Source of the DNA: Raillietiella orientalis | Taxonomy: Eukaryota | Direction of reading: 5' to 3' | Length of the DNA stretch: 64,000 bases | Assembly (NCBI GenBank): GCA_036172245.1 | Contig: JAYWIR010000012.1 | Span: 992,001 to 1,056,000, forward strand | Shown: positions 13,223 to 26,039 of the stretch, piece after piece | Position numbering within the stretch: the stretch's first letter is position 1 | How the letters are laid out: each line of letters starts with the position of its first letter | Program-made: the position numbers and the translations under genes | The notes under the pieces: generated by a model | What the model was told of the DNA's origin: nothing | The model's database searches: none | Seen by the model: the letters and a program-made list of their open reading frames with translations, nothing else

Positions 13223-13721
13223 GTAAGGGAGTAAACGAAATGAAAAACATCTCGAGCCGGGATCTTGCTATCCTCGCATCACACAGTACCGATTCTCAGA
13301 ATCACATCAAACAGCTCATCGTGTGCAAACACACCTTTTGCAAATCATCCAACACCCAAATCCAAAGATTCAAAAGCCTGAATCGATGACAAAGGTCAAG
13401 CAGGCAAAGGGTGATAGCAAATGGCTGCATTCGAGCAAAGTTGTCGCCCTCTATGGAAATCCCACGATTGCATACTTCAAGATTTTCGCTCAGGATATTG
13501 CATTTGTCCACAGCACAAGGGGAGCTCTGGTGTTTTTGCTTCCAGGGAACAGATGCATTTCAAGAGGTAAAAGGAAAGAAAAGAATGCGGAAGTGAGGTG
13601 ACGCTGTTACTGTGTTTAGAAATGATTAAGAGATACCTGCAAATAACAATTCTCGTTTGAAAAATATGAGGTGGGCATAGTTTTCATGTGCTTCAATGAA
13701 ATCTGAAGTATGGGCAAAAAT

Positions 13722-14837
13722 TTATTTTAAATCTACAATAAAATTGCACACTTGGGGGAACAAAAATCCTGCTGAAAATTCACCTACTTTTGAAAAATTA
13801 CCAGCAAGATACCTGCTACTCTGAATAAGAATTTTAAAAATACGCATCATCTGAGATTGACTAATTTCCGAATTTATTACATTGGGGTCATTGATCCAGG
13901 TTTTGCATGTATTATCAGCTGCTGAAGTATAAGCATATAACACTTTATAAGCCTCATGACAATCACACAAGAATTCTTCATTTGTATCTGTACTAGTGTG
14001 CTCAGCAAGGAAAACACTTAAATTAGTTTCCAGGAACCATATCAATAAGAACACTTTGCTTTGTGTTGCATATTCCCATGACTGCAAACATATTTTGGAA
14101 GTTGAAACACATGTATTTCTGAGGCGCAATAGCTTCAGTGGTAAATTATCTACATTGTATTTAAATTGAAAAGCTGTGCTTTGAATGATGATGGAGCTTT
14201 TCCATATGGATACTCCTTCATGCATTTTTTTCCCGACATCATTTAAACAAGTATTGCAGAAGAAAAAGTTGCCTTCAACATAACATCCACTCTGAATGAC
14301 TGACGTGGAAACAAGTAAATAATTTTCTCCAAAGTAACAGCAGTTGCTCTTAAAAGTTAAATGTTTGCTTAAATCGAAATCAAGTTTGGCATGACAAAAC
14401 CAATCACAAAAATTATCTTGCCAGTTCTCACTTGGTAAGGCAAATACGGTTTCAAAGTACACATTATCATTGAGAACAGTCTCACATTTGGAACACTTAA
14501 AACTAAGTTTCACTTTCTCTAACTGATTGGATTTGAGTTCGTCCATAGTTTCATCGAACTTCAAGTGCGAAGAATCATTACAATCAATTAAAGATACATT
14601 AGAAGATAAAAAAAGCTTCAGTACAATTCCACTTGAGGTTGCAGAAATAAATGAAACTGACTTAATTTTATCAAAACAACTGACCAAGTTTAGTATAAAG
14701 GTTTCATTATTCATGGTTATATGGAGCCTATGCTTGATTATCTCTGTTTTTATTCGCATTGGAAAGTCAATTTTCAAATCCGTGATATATACATACGCTG
14801 CCCCTAACAGCTTCCATTTTTCAATCAGTATCCTCAT
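13722..14837 (-). CDS. UBE3D: E3 ubiquitin-protein ligase E3D-like (HECT_2 family), 371 aa, intronless CDS
   Basis: Uninterrupted ORF with FKCSKC...ALPSENWQDNFCDWFCH and a later CNTC..VG, matching the UBE3D/Ipa1 CxxC..LPSENW..W.CH signature. Confidence 0.88.
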   Translation of the reverse strand: MRILIEKWKLLGAAYVYITDLKIDFPMRIKTEIIKHRLHITMNNETFILNLVSCFDKIKSVSFISATSSGIVLKLFLSSNVSLIDCNDSSHLKFDETMDELKSNQLEKVKLSFKCSKCETVLNDNVYFETVFALPSENWQDNFCDWFCHAKLDFDLSKHLTFKSNCCYFGENYLLVSTSVIQSGCYVEGNFFFCNTCLNDVGKKMHEGVSIWKSSIIIQSTAFQFKYNVDNLPLKLLRLRNTCVSTSKICLQSWEYATQSKVFLLIWFLETNLSVFLAEHTSTDTNEEFLCDCHEAYKVLYAYTSAADNTCKTWINDPNVINSEISQSQMMRIFKILIQSSRYLAGNFSKVGEFSAGFLFPQVCNFIVDLK

Positions 14838-15689
14838 GTTTCAAATACTTGCAACCGAAATTTTCTATAACAGTTCTCACTTTCGAGATAAATACCCAGT
14901 TAATGAAAAATTCTTCTGGAATCCTAATGAAATATCGAATGGGATCGCAGGAAAATTATGTGCTCAAAACTATATTCCTGTTTTCATCAAATTTACACCC
15001 TTTGAACACCTTGCTCATGATGGTTTATGATTACTAAGTACGTTATCACTCCAGCCACCAGAGCATTAAATTAGCCTTCGCTTGATTTCTGAAGAACTTA
15101 GTTCTCAAGCTTACACAACCACAAATGGGCATCCCAGCATTATCTTTTATCCAGGGCCCCAATCCCACACTTTCGGCAGAGGGTATAAGGTACTTCGCAT
15201 GCAAGCATGCACATAGGCACACCGGCTACGCTTCAGGATGCCAGGTTCTCCTAGAGTTTTTGTTGGAACTTCAAGACTCGGTCAAAAGCTATGACAAAAA
15301 CACAACTGATATACAATGATCGCTTTTGTAATACATTGTGCTATAGGTGCACAATTAAGGGTTTCAAGATGTGCTTTCAAATTGGAAATACTGGAATTTC
15401 CCGGACTGCATTACACCTGAGAACAGAACCATTCCAGTGATCCTCGATGATGCACTGTAATGCATTCTGAAGACTATGAAAAAGTATTGAAACAATTCGA
15501 TCGAAAAAAAAAAGTTCATTATATGCGAAAATTCGCGTTCTGACTAGAACCTCAAATACCTCCAAATATTTGCTATTACAAAATATATAAGGATTAACGT
15601 ATGAAGGCGGTACCGACTTTCTGTGCTAGAATTTTGAAGTCGAGAAATAATGATTTTACGTGATAGCATCAGTATACGTATACATGCAT

Positions 15690-15745
15690 TTGCGTGTATG
15701 TGTGTATGTATATATATATACATACAAATTATATATATATATATA
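15690..15745. repeat. (TG)n/(TA)n microsatellite
   Basis: gtgtatgtgtgtatgtatatatatatacatac...tatatatatatatataa. Confidence 0.85.
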
Positions 15746-18599
15746 ACACTTCACATCCATGTACATACATATGTTAAGGAATTATAACTTCTCACTTAGA
15801 TATATAATTTGTCGTGCATGTTATACATCAGAAATCTTTTCTGCGCAGATTTTCTCTAAGATTTCTGCATACAAAGAAATAGAATTGAGTTGTCGAAAGC
15901 AACCAAGTTGGATAAGGCTTTTAGAAAAAAAATCTTCCAAGAAAAATATAGTGGTACGTTTCTATTTGCAAGAAGTGAAGAGTTCCAGTACTTTCAATTT
16001 GGTACAAGCACAAAATTCAGCTATAAAGTTTCTTATATTTGACGACTTCAAAAAGCCAAAAACGAATAAGTTAAGATTCGTTTACTACCTGTGATCTTTT
16101 GCAGCGCATTATTAACTGGAGTTCCTTATAGAGTCATATGATAAATATGAATCCTTATAAGTTGCACTTTAAGGATTTAATGATGATGGAAAAACTTTAC
16201 TGTCACAGCTGAATACTTCAGTGCCTGACTATTGTACCGTACTTAAGAAATATATCATGCTTTTGTAATTTTAACTATAATTTCCCCCAAAATTAAGATC
16301 ATCATATGATGAATGAAATTTTCATTGAAACACCTTTAAGAAAAGCGGGACCATCGTTTGAAGTCAACTTTGCAACTAGATAGAAAACATAACTTTAGTA
16401 AGTTCTTTTTGAACTAATTTTGACCATTTTTCTTAATTTCGAATATCCCATCGATTACTGACAAATAGATTAAATTGAGTATTCATAGTCTAACATTCAA
16501 AGATCTTTTTTCGAGTTGAAATAAGGCCATATATGAACTGACTTGCAAGACTAGTAAAGCACAAAAAAGTTTTCTAAATACGTTGTATATTTCTAGATAG
16601 GAAACTATCGTTTTGCGACTTCTGAAGTATTCACAGACTATTTATCTAACTGCTTTTCTAAGCTTCCATATACATTTGCTTCATAAATAAAAATTATCAA
16701 TTGGTTTTTCCTTTATTTTATCTATCAGAGAATTAATTCAAAGTGGTTTTTTGTTTCTAATAAAACTGAAACAATATTTTCGTTTTTTCCCCTTCATTTT
16801 AGTTCAAGAATTCCCAATTTTTTTAAATGCCAACTGTGAAACAAAATCAGTGATTCTTGCAAAATCCAAAAAAAAAAGGAGGGATAAAAGAAAAATTAAA
16901 GCATTTGTTCTTATTATTTGTTTAGAGGCACTAAGATGGATGTAGAAATTCAAGGTTCCTACTCAAGATTTGAGTTGAAAAGCGAATTTACTAATACCGA
17001 TTCTTCGCTTGCATTTAATTTCACATATGTGAAATTAAATGTCAAATGCGTCTGAGGCTGATTGCAAATCAAGCCATACTTGAGAACGAGAACTCATGTT
17101 TTCTAGGAATCCTCTAAACGGTCAAAATAATCTCTGAAGCTATTGCGGAAGTAGAGTCGTGTATGTGTAATCCATCCGAAGCTCTAAGGTTTCAGTCTTA
17201 AGCCTATCATATTTCTTAAAAGAAAACAACGCTTATTCCTCATAATATTATTCCACTCAAACAGATATGTTGCACTTTGGTCTTGATGATGACGTGCATG
17301 ATGTACTAGAAAAGAATCACCGAGCATCATCATCATCATTAATTAATTAAGATACTTAATGCTCATCAGCATCTGTATCTATGAATTCATACGCAGTTTT
17401 TTGCATCTGCATTGGCTGATACAGTTTGTAGACAAATTTGCCAATCTCATCAGAGGAGACAAGAGAAAATTGACCAAATCGATCGTACCTTGCTCTACTC
17501 TAGCAGCATCTTGATAAAATTAGAAATCAAATCCATGAGTTTATGGCAAACTGTAGGGAGAACAAATCAAACAGGAAGACGTATTTGTGCTCAAATAAAC
17601 CATGCAGGTACAAGGATGCAAAAAAGAATGTCCAAAGGGATTACTTGGACATTCACACTCCATGTGAATGTTTCCTCCTTTCTTCATATAGGTTCCCACG
17701 AATTTAGTTTCGCGTAAAATTACCTAAACCTATTACACATAGGAATGGCTGAAGGAGAGTTAGAAAGGATGAGCAACACAGGAGAACAGAAGATCAGCAG
17801 AGGCGAAGATACATATCCACAAGATTGCCAATTTACTGTTCTAGAAAGGGAAAAGTGAAACTATTTAGTATTTTGATGAAAGAGCAAGATCCAGGACAGA
17901 TCTTCATGTTTGAAAAGCAAAGGCTTGATAAAGCACGTTCCATCCAGAGGGGAAGGCAGTGGATCAAAAGCACCAGCAGTCCAGGAAGCAAGGGAAAAAA
18001 GGTCTAAAAAAGAAAGCCAGAATGAAAGAAAAACATGAGAAAATAAACAAGAGAGATATGGATAAGGTAAGCTGATGAAGAGTGATTAAGAATCTGATAT
18101 ATCAGAAGATACCTGATTCCAAGATATCATCAACAGAAGTCGGTCGGACCATCTTGTAGTTCCTTGTTTCCTGTCCTTCCGTCAAGAGGTTCGGCTGAGA
18201 TCAACAATTTTGGGAATAATGACATCTAGCTGTGGAACCATCAAGTGACTAGTTGAGAGATAGCATGCTGCCATTTTAGTATATCTGAAAGAAACAATGG
18301 ACACACACTGCTGTTGAAGAAGCAGCGATGTTAATAATTGGGACTTCAGTTTGCCTCATTTCTAGAGAGCTGGGGGATATTTCTGAATAGACTTCGTAGT
18401 GGGTGGGTACGGTCAAACAGGCTTTACCGTACATTTCAAATAAGTTGAACACTTTTACTTTAAAGGAACTACTAAGACTTTTTTTTTTACTCTAAGAGGA
18501 AAGTTGTGCGATGTTTCATGGAAGGGAAGAACTCGAGGTTGGAAGATGCATGAAGCCGCAGTTTGATTCGTCGGAGGAGGAAAATCATCTTTGAAAGAT

Positions 18600-19635
18600 C
18601 TTATGCTCTTTCGGATTTAGCATATGAGGTACCTCACTTGTTGTAATGGTAAAGCGTGGCTACTTGAATTTCCTTCTACTTCCGCATGATAATTCCCTAA
18701 CAATCCTTCGGGGTGTTGGATATATGGTTCACGCAGTTCTAGAAGAAAGCTGCACCTATCTCGAACACCTCGCAGATTTTCAGGGCGTATGAGTTGTGCG
18801 GTGTTCCGGAACCACGATGCCACAGTTACCCAGAGTTTCCCAAGATTTTTCATCCTCTTTGTAAGGGTAATAGTGGTACCTTACTGAGATCAATCAAATC
18901 AACCTTGCATTTTTTTTTGGAGGTTCGCAAAGTGCCGAAGAACCGTTCTCCTAGAGGATCACGGAGCTTTGTGACTACCCACGCTACACGAGAGTGCGTG
19001 TAACTCTTCAAGTCATAGGAGGTCACTCCAGAGGGACCACCTTATGAATCCAAGAAGGTTCCGGAGGAAGGAGTCCGTTCCTCACGCTCGCATGGGAAAC
19101 CCCGAAGGGAACCCTCGCTTTGGATGTCTCCGCAGGGACCCTCAAGAAAAGATCTGCTCTTGGAATTTCTCTGATGACACACGCGAGGCAACCGCTCCCT
19201 ATTTCCTCTTCTGAAGAGAACACCGGAGGGACGCTTCCCAAAGAGAGTAGAGGCCTTTCATAGCACTCTGGAGAGGGAATCCCCGAGGAGGGTGTTAATC
19301 AGCTCCGTGGTGCACGATGGATGGTCCTCCCTTGAGGAGGGGCAGGGCTCCATTTCCACAGCCGGAGGGGAACCCCGGAGCTCCTTGATTCCTGGAAGGA
19401 CCTCGGAAAGTCAACTTCTAATCCCGGCAGGTCGACGGAGCATCCAGGGGTTGCCGGCTTCCATCAGTGCTGCATGCACCCGAATGGGCCGACCAGCATC
19501 ATCCTGAGATGAGGGGAACGCGAAACCCGCGACGCATCCCCCGTTCTCGGGCGTCTATCTTTCCCCGGTCGGGATTGAACCCGCGACGTTCGGTGCCGTG
19601 CGCGGAGACGGCAGCCATGCGGCCTCAAGGTGGTC
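18600..19635 (-). mobile_element. tRNA-headed LINE 5' end (copy A): B-box head plus decayed ORF1-like body
   Basis: GGTTCAATCCC at 19581-19571. Body is homologous to copies at 29020, 55205 and 60197. Downstream reads ISVRYHYYPY..LGNCGIV and TLYHYNK*GTSYAKS (decayed CCHC-knuckle-like). Confidence 0.65.
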
Positions 19636-20695
19636 TTTAAACTTTTCTTGTGACACATCGGGTACGGTACTCCAGAAAGCTGAGTCTCATAACGATGCCA
19701 CCTTCTGCGAGTGACAAACTCAAGATCATTCTATGGGATGCTTTCCTGCAGACACTAAATAAGTGTCGAGAACCAGGAAGATTATGCCAATGGAATGCTC
19801 AAATGAGGGATTTAAAAAAAAAAAAAAATGCAGACCGGCTTCAGGTTTGGACAAAAAATTGACCACTGAACCCGTTTGCAAGCTGCTGCTCTTTTCCGGC
19901 AAGGAGCAGGGACCTTGTCTTAGAATTCGATTCAGGAGCACCAGAGGCGAGGCGATCCTTCGTGATCCTTTCCCAGACCGTCCCTGCTCCCTGTTCTCTG
20001 GCATCATCTCTGGTCCTCATCGCTCCCGCTCCTCCGCAGCAGCGCAAGAGCAACTTGCGTCCTCCTCCCTTCGAACGGGAAATCTGAATCTTTGGGTCGT
20101 TGGCGAGAAAAGAGTGGATCGCTGCCGCGCTTCCTTGCCGTTCATTTCTAGGAATTCATCTCAACAGTTCAAATGTCTTTAAAGAAAGAGCCTAGCGGAC
20201 GATAAAGTCTGCTGAACGCCGCAGTCTGAGTGCGCTGTCACCCACCCTTTTGTGATTTGGCGTGTCTTCAAAGAAATGCGTGATGCGACTGCCGACAAGT
20301 GCTGTGAAGGCTATACACCCACGTCAAAGGTCACTTCCGCAGACACTGCGAACGCAAACAACAGCAAAAACTTTGCTTCTCCGACCTTGGAGGAACGCGT
20401 GCGGGGCTGCTACTCCCCCCGTCCTCTTGATCTTCGTCGCACTTTCCTGAAGCATCCAACGCAAGTGGGCTTGCGTTTCACGATTGCTGGAATGGATTCT
20501 TCAGGGACGCTCTCTCGGGCGGAGCTAAGAAGCCAATGCTGAGGGAAGTTCCAAAGCTGTCCTCCGTGAGAAACCCACTTGAGAAGGTTTCCCAGTTCAC
20601 GGATTCTTCCATGGCATTCCACATCCAACACTATCTCTGGGAGAGGGTTGGGATATGCTTTTATCTACGAATATCATAAAGGTAAAGGATATTAA

Positions 20696-21267
20696 CCCTT
20701 CGGGTGTACAGCTCGTCAGATGGAAACGTCCTGTGTTGACGGCGCGCGAGTCGCAGTGGTGACCTCGGTGGACGGAACGCTTCACATACTGAGTGCTCCA
20801 TCGAGCAACCGATTGACTACATAAAATGCTCATCAAAGTCACTATTGTAATTGTTTATTTACACCACATTAAATAAAATACTTCTACTTTTCCCAAACAT
20901 ATATTATTTGTTTAAAAATTATAATTCCAATAAGATCAATAATCCATTTGGATGTGGTACAATATAATAAATCATATACGACACAATTATAATATCATGC
21001 TACTCTAGACCATAGTTAACTGACAATAGTGAGCCGATATAAACAGAATCTTGTTTACTGTCGTTGCTAAGGTAATCATAAGAACGTAAGTGTGTGTGTT
21101 CATCTCAAACATTGATAGTGTTAGCTTATGTATAAGGTAAAAACATTTGCCAAACGCATACATGAGTCTATAGACCACGCCGATCTTTCGTCGAACACTA
21201 TATGCATCACTAGTGTACGCCGATAGTTTTCGCCGAACACATATTTGCGCCCATGGCACTCAGAGGG
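20696..21267. mobile_element. piggyBac-like non-autonomous element
   Basis: TTAA at 20692-20695 and 21268-21271. Termini CCCTTCGGGTG...CACTCAGAGGG (imperfect TIR). Subterminal direct repeats acgccgat..cgaacac near the right end. Confidence 0.55.
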
Positions 21268-22489
21268 TTAATAGATATATAATATAGCAAGGCTGCAACA
21301 AAGTCTACAATAAAAAGTGCACTTTAAAAGAAAAAAATGATCGAAAACCGGATAAATGGTGAGACAGTGATTTGATTTGGAGTTTCTAATAATTGCATGC
21401 ACGCATACGATGTAAAATAAAGTGGTACCGTATTCCAAAATCAGATAAAAGTTTTTGTAACTTCGAACTGCTTTTCGTTTTGCATTACAATTACTTACAA
21501 CTGGGCACGTTTTACTTATCACGGGGTATATTTCTTGGTTAACGTGTCAGCAGTGTGGTAGAAATGACATACACTGAATTCGGGATTTTCCTATGGTGAA
21601 GGTGTTGGCAGCCCTGATCGTATCTGCTTCATCTTTGGCTTTTCCGGCGTGGTGTCTGTGGATTTTCGGACAATCATGATGGTATTCGATTCTGTTGATC
21701 GGGACAGGCGGTCATCGGGAAATTCCACTACTAGGGCGCCAGCAATTATGTTGGTTAAGCATCAGAGTAGAGTTGTAATCTAATTGTAGGTTTTCTGTGT
21801 GGGTGGGCATTACGAGACCAGTTTGTGGAGCAGAATTAGGTACTCTGACGTAGACAATGGATAACTAAGGATCGGGGAAGAGGACTGTGATGATTCCGGG
21901 AAGGGAGGGTTATATATAAAATCAATAATTGATGACCAGCGATGAACCTTCTTTCTTGTCTGTGCATGGTTTCGATTAGTTAGTAGAACAGAATCTTTGT
22001 GAAGGATGTTTCTGAGTTCCAATCAAGATACAATGAAGCTTGAAGTGCACCACGGTGTGTTGAGTTGGGGCCTGCAAATGTGATTTTGCAATGAAATGGG
22101 AGTTGTACCAAGGCAAGGGACTGAGATCTCGTTGTTCCAACTGTCGACAGTTGTGGATGATTGCATGGTTTACGGATATGAAATTAGGATATTAAAAAAA
22201 GAGACGGCAAATTGCTTGAAGGGCCATTCTTTTGTATCAGAAGGAAATTCAATGGGCACGAACACTCGGTACTCAGATGTTGGAGTTGAATAGGATCGGT
22301 GCTATGGGTGGCAAAACGTAGCCAAGCCCACCGCTCGGCGTTGGTGTATTCAGTGCGGTACCATAAGTTTTAGGACGAAGATCAATAAAAATCAAAACAA
22401 AAAAACATGGAGTACTTGTTTTTACATTTTATTCATTCAAAATAGCATCCATATGACTCAATACACCGCTTGGGGCGGGATTCTAACTT

Positions 22490-23080
22490 CCACATGGCAT
22501 TGACGTAGTCAGGGATATCCTTCAAACGCTTTGTCACAGCCATCTGGATGTCATTGATCATGTGAAATCGAGTCCGACCTGCCATTTCATTTTGAGGAAT
22601 AGGAAATAGTTAGGAAGAGACAAATAAGGCGATTACGTAGGGATGGTCCAATGTCGAGATCTGTTTTGGCGCAAAAAACTCGCCAGTCTCGTTGCTCCTT
22701 CGACGGATCACGGGACGGATTGCGCGCGCAGTTTTCGTTTCTTCAACTCTTCCTGCAAGACGCATGGTACCACAGTCTTCGGTACGCCAAGGGTTCCTAC
22801 TGTTATCCGGGAGGTCGGTTGTCGGTCCTCTTCGAGCGGCTTTGCAGCAACGGCGACGTCATTGTCGGTTCTCGTTGTTTTCCAGGGCGACCGCTGAGTT
22901 CCTCGTCTTTCACCGACCGTCCACCATCTCGAAACCGCGCATGCCGCCGAAGAACGTTTGAGCGATCGGTGGATGGATTCGTCCCTCCCGTGAGTCTTCT
23001 GAACCAGAGGCACTGCGTCTGCAGCCGACGCGCCAGCTTTGAAACGAAACCTTCTTGAGATGCGCTGTCCCTCCTTCACC
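22490..23080 (-). mobile_element. Internally deleted mariner transposase relic
   Basis: FRFKAGASAADAVPLVQKTHG..TTRTDNDV..EEDRQPTSRI..LQEELKKRKLRAQSVP (HTH region up to the WVP-like motif) is joined to SPYLSLPNYFLFLKMK..DIQMAVTKRLKDIP (YSPDLAPxD-like C-terminus). Confidence 0.8.
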
Positions 23081-23138
23081 TCCGTCCCAAAATTTTGACA
23101 GATTTTCACCCGGTGACTCTGGGGTGTTTCTTCTAAAA

Positions 23139-23345
23139 CTAATAATGACAACACTACTACTACTACTAATAACAACAACAACAATAACAATAACATCAAT
23201 ACCGATAACAATAGCAATGCTAACAATAATAGCGATAATAATAATGACAACAATAACAAGAAAAGTGATAATAACAATAATAATAACAAAACAATAAAAA
23301 TAGCAATAATAATAATAATAGAAACAGTAATAATAATAATAAACA
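23139..23345. repeat. Degenerate (AAT/AAC/ACT)n trinucleotide tract
   Basis: Directly visible; it produces the spurious poly-I/L/Y ORFs in the track. Confidence 0.9.
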
Positions 23346-23499
23346 AGTTGAGAAAAAGGCAGTTCCCGGAACAAAAAGAAAAAGTTCATTGGGAGGGATC
23401 CACCGACAACCGACACGCAGGTACGAGATGTTCGGAACGAGAGGAAGGTGAGTAGAAATTAAGAAATAAACGTTCAGGGGTGAGGACGAGGGTCTTTGG

Positions 23500-24050
23500 T
23501 ACGTCTCGTTCCTTCTTTCTAAAGCCGACGCTGCATGTCGACGATCTCCTTCCGGACTTCTTCCGGGTGAGGTCATCTAGTAGCCGTCCTCATACGGACG
23601 GCTGCCGTGCAGGTGACCTCCCTTCGCTGCACCAGAAACTCCAACAAATGGCGGGCTGTGACGATGGCGCGGATGCTGCATGCCGCCGCAGTGACGGTGC
23701 CCGCCGCGGCTTCGTCTGTCGAGAGGAATCGCTGCAGCAAGTCCTCAGCAGCGTCTTCAGGATGCGGGAGTGCTGGATCCAGCCTCCGCCCAAAGTTCTC
23801 AGAGAACACTGCAGCCCAACTGAGGTGCAGGAACGATTCGATCGCTCCGCACCTTGAACAGCGTGGGGGCGCACCTCTCCCGGAAATTAGGTTCCTGCAC
23901 ACGTTGCTCTGGGGACCCCAGCGAAGATACAGCCAAATTCCCCGTTTCCACTTCAAGGGGAATGAGGAATTGCTCGCGCACAAGGGAGGAATGGCGAGTT
24001 CTTCGAAGGGGCGCTTACTCAACAGTTCTCTTCACCGAAGCGGTCTCCAC
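23500..24050 (-). mobile_element. L1/Tx1-like LINE 3' relic (zf-RVT)
   Basis: FPLKWKRGIWLYLRWG..PRCSRCGAIESFLHL. Confidence 0.65.
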
Positions 24051-24881
24051 GACGCGGAGTGGCGGCGGTGTGCGCCAGCTCACTCGGTTTCCAGCCGCCC
24101 AGGGGTTTGGTTCTTCCTGACAGGATGCACGAGATCTCTCACTCCGCCTGGTAGGCAGCTGCCGTTCTCCGCCCAAAATCTTCGGCAGGAGGAGAAGAGC
24201 GCAGGCTGCGCGGAACGTCTTTTCTTGACAGCAACCGAACTCACGGTCTATTTAAGGAAAATTTATTTGGTTCCTCTGCGCGCGCCGGCAGATGGCGTGA
24301 CCAGTGCGGCCGTAAAAGATTCGGTCCCAGAACGCGTGAACCTCGATGAGTGTTCTTCAGCTTTTCCTTCTTCCTATAATGAGGAACTTCTTTTATGCAC
24401 GAAGGGACTGAGGAGTTGGAATCATTCCAGCCGGAGTTCCAGCTTTAAAATGTCTGGTGATGCAGGGTTTTGGTGATGGTGGTGCTTTCGAGGGTAGGTT
24501 ACGTGATGTGGTTGGCTGGATGATTTGGGGCGGTGTCCCGTGCTGAGGGGTGGGGTGGGGTGGAGTGGGGGTGTGAAACGCAGTGGGTGAGGAAACGACA
24601 GAATCCGCGGAGGATGGTAGGTACTGCGAGCTGGGGCATAGAAGTGGGATTGACCTTTAAGTCGGAGCTCCCGCGATCACGTTGCGGGTGGTGGCAGGGA
24701 TATGCGCTGCCGACCGCTCGTGGTATCTACGTGTCGCGCCTGCACTAGCCTGTTGCAATGTTGTCCGGTGAGGGCGTTGTTTTCATCGGTCCTCAGAGAT
24801 ATCTCCTCAGAGGATTCCATGGTGGTAGGGAGGAGAGAAGAGTGAGTGGAAAGAGTCCGTGAATGGCGCGGGTTATGTTGT

Positions 24882-25064
24882 GACGCCCTTCGGCCAGCAG
24901 TCTTGCTTGCAGACTCATGTTGCCTATGCAGGATAATAGATGCCTGGAGCCACGCAAGAGGAAGGCACAGAGACAGAGATGACACATCCACTTTGCCGTG
25001 CGATTCATGATGGCATTCATGATGACCGCACCTGGAAAACAACATCCAGCAAGGCATCCTCAAA
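24882..25064 (+). repeat. Inverted near-identical copy of 28112-28294 (LINE ORF2 C-terminal fragment)
   Basis: Reverse complement matches with few differences; both give MRMPCWMLFSRCGH in the ORF track on opposite strands. Confidence 0.85.
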
Positions 25065-26039
25065 AGATCCCCCCTTCCTTCCTTTCCATGGGAACCTGGA
25101 CTGGATGCCCTGCCCTAGGAGGCGCATCCTCTCCCCTCCCCCCTTTCTCCTCGTCATCTCTACAGTTTCCATGGCAGCGCGGTGTTTACCCTAAGTCCCG
25201 CTGACGGCAGGCGCGAAATGATCGAAAAGGCAAGCAGCTACCGGGATCCGGCCGCCTCGTAGATCAGGGGCTCGTGCGACCCGGAGTTTTCCAGCTTCTG
25301 AGAAAGGACTTCTGGCGGCGATGCAGGAGATCGCTGCCGATGTGGGATGGCGAGAAGCCTCCCTGAGCGTGCCGATCCCGAAGGTGAGGAGGAGGAGGAG
25401 GTGAAGGGAGGGGGAACGGAAGATGCCCTGACTCTCCCTCTCCCTCTCCAAGCCGCGGAGAAGCACCACCAGAAGGAGCAGGAGCTTAGGCATGCCATCC
25501 CGACGAAGCTGGCGCCTCTGAAGGAGTTGGCCTTGGGATCCATGAAGGCACCCCTACTGGTGGAAGGAGGGTTCGCGGGAACGGCGGTGACTCCAGACTG
25601 CTTCCTCGTGAAGACCGGTGAGTCCCGGGCCAAAGTGGCAGTCTCGTGTAAGAGGAGGGGTCAAGATGGTCCCCCTATTGGAGGTGATCGTCCGGCAACG
25701 CCCCACGAAGGCGCAGAGCGCCAGACCCTGACCCGCACCACAGTACATGTGTTGGAATATTTCCATTAATCACAACGGATAGTTGAGGTCGTTCTGGTTG
25801 TATGACGGCAAGAATGAATTTATCAAATAGCGACTTTGGGTTCTGAAGGATTATTTCTCGGTAACAGTATGCGGTGTAAAAAGAAAAAAAGGTGTATTTT
25901 TTATTTGTTTTACGTTGCCAGAGCAGTTGCCTTCGCTGAGTCTTTCGTGCTCACGAGACCGGCGCTCTGCATCAAGTCGCTGGGGTTCTTGCGGTCCGTG
26001 CTCGCTGGGATGACGAAAAGCGAAGAAGCATGGCCTTGA

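Noticed and set aside
17000..22330. Penelope GIY-YIG-like remnants (QTGRR..H near 17570, IISEAI near 17130, 21800-22200)
   Set aside because: Too degenerate to support without a profile search.
22708..23576. Hydrophobic poly-I/L/Y ORFs as membrane proteins
   Set aside because: Translations of a trinucleotide repeat.
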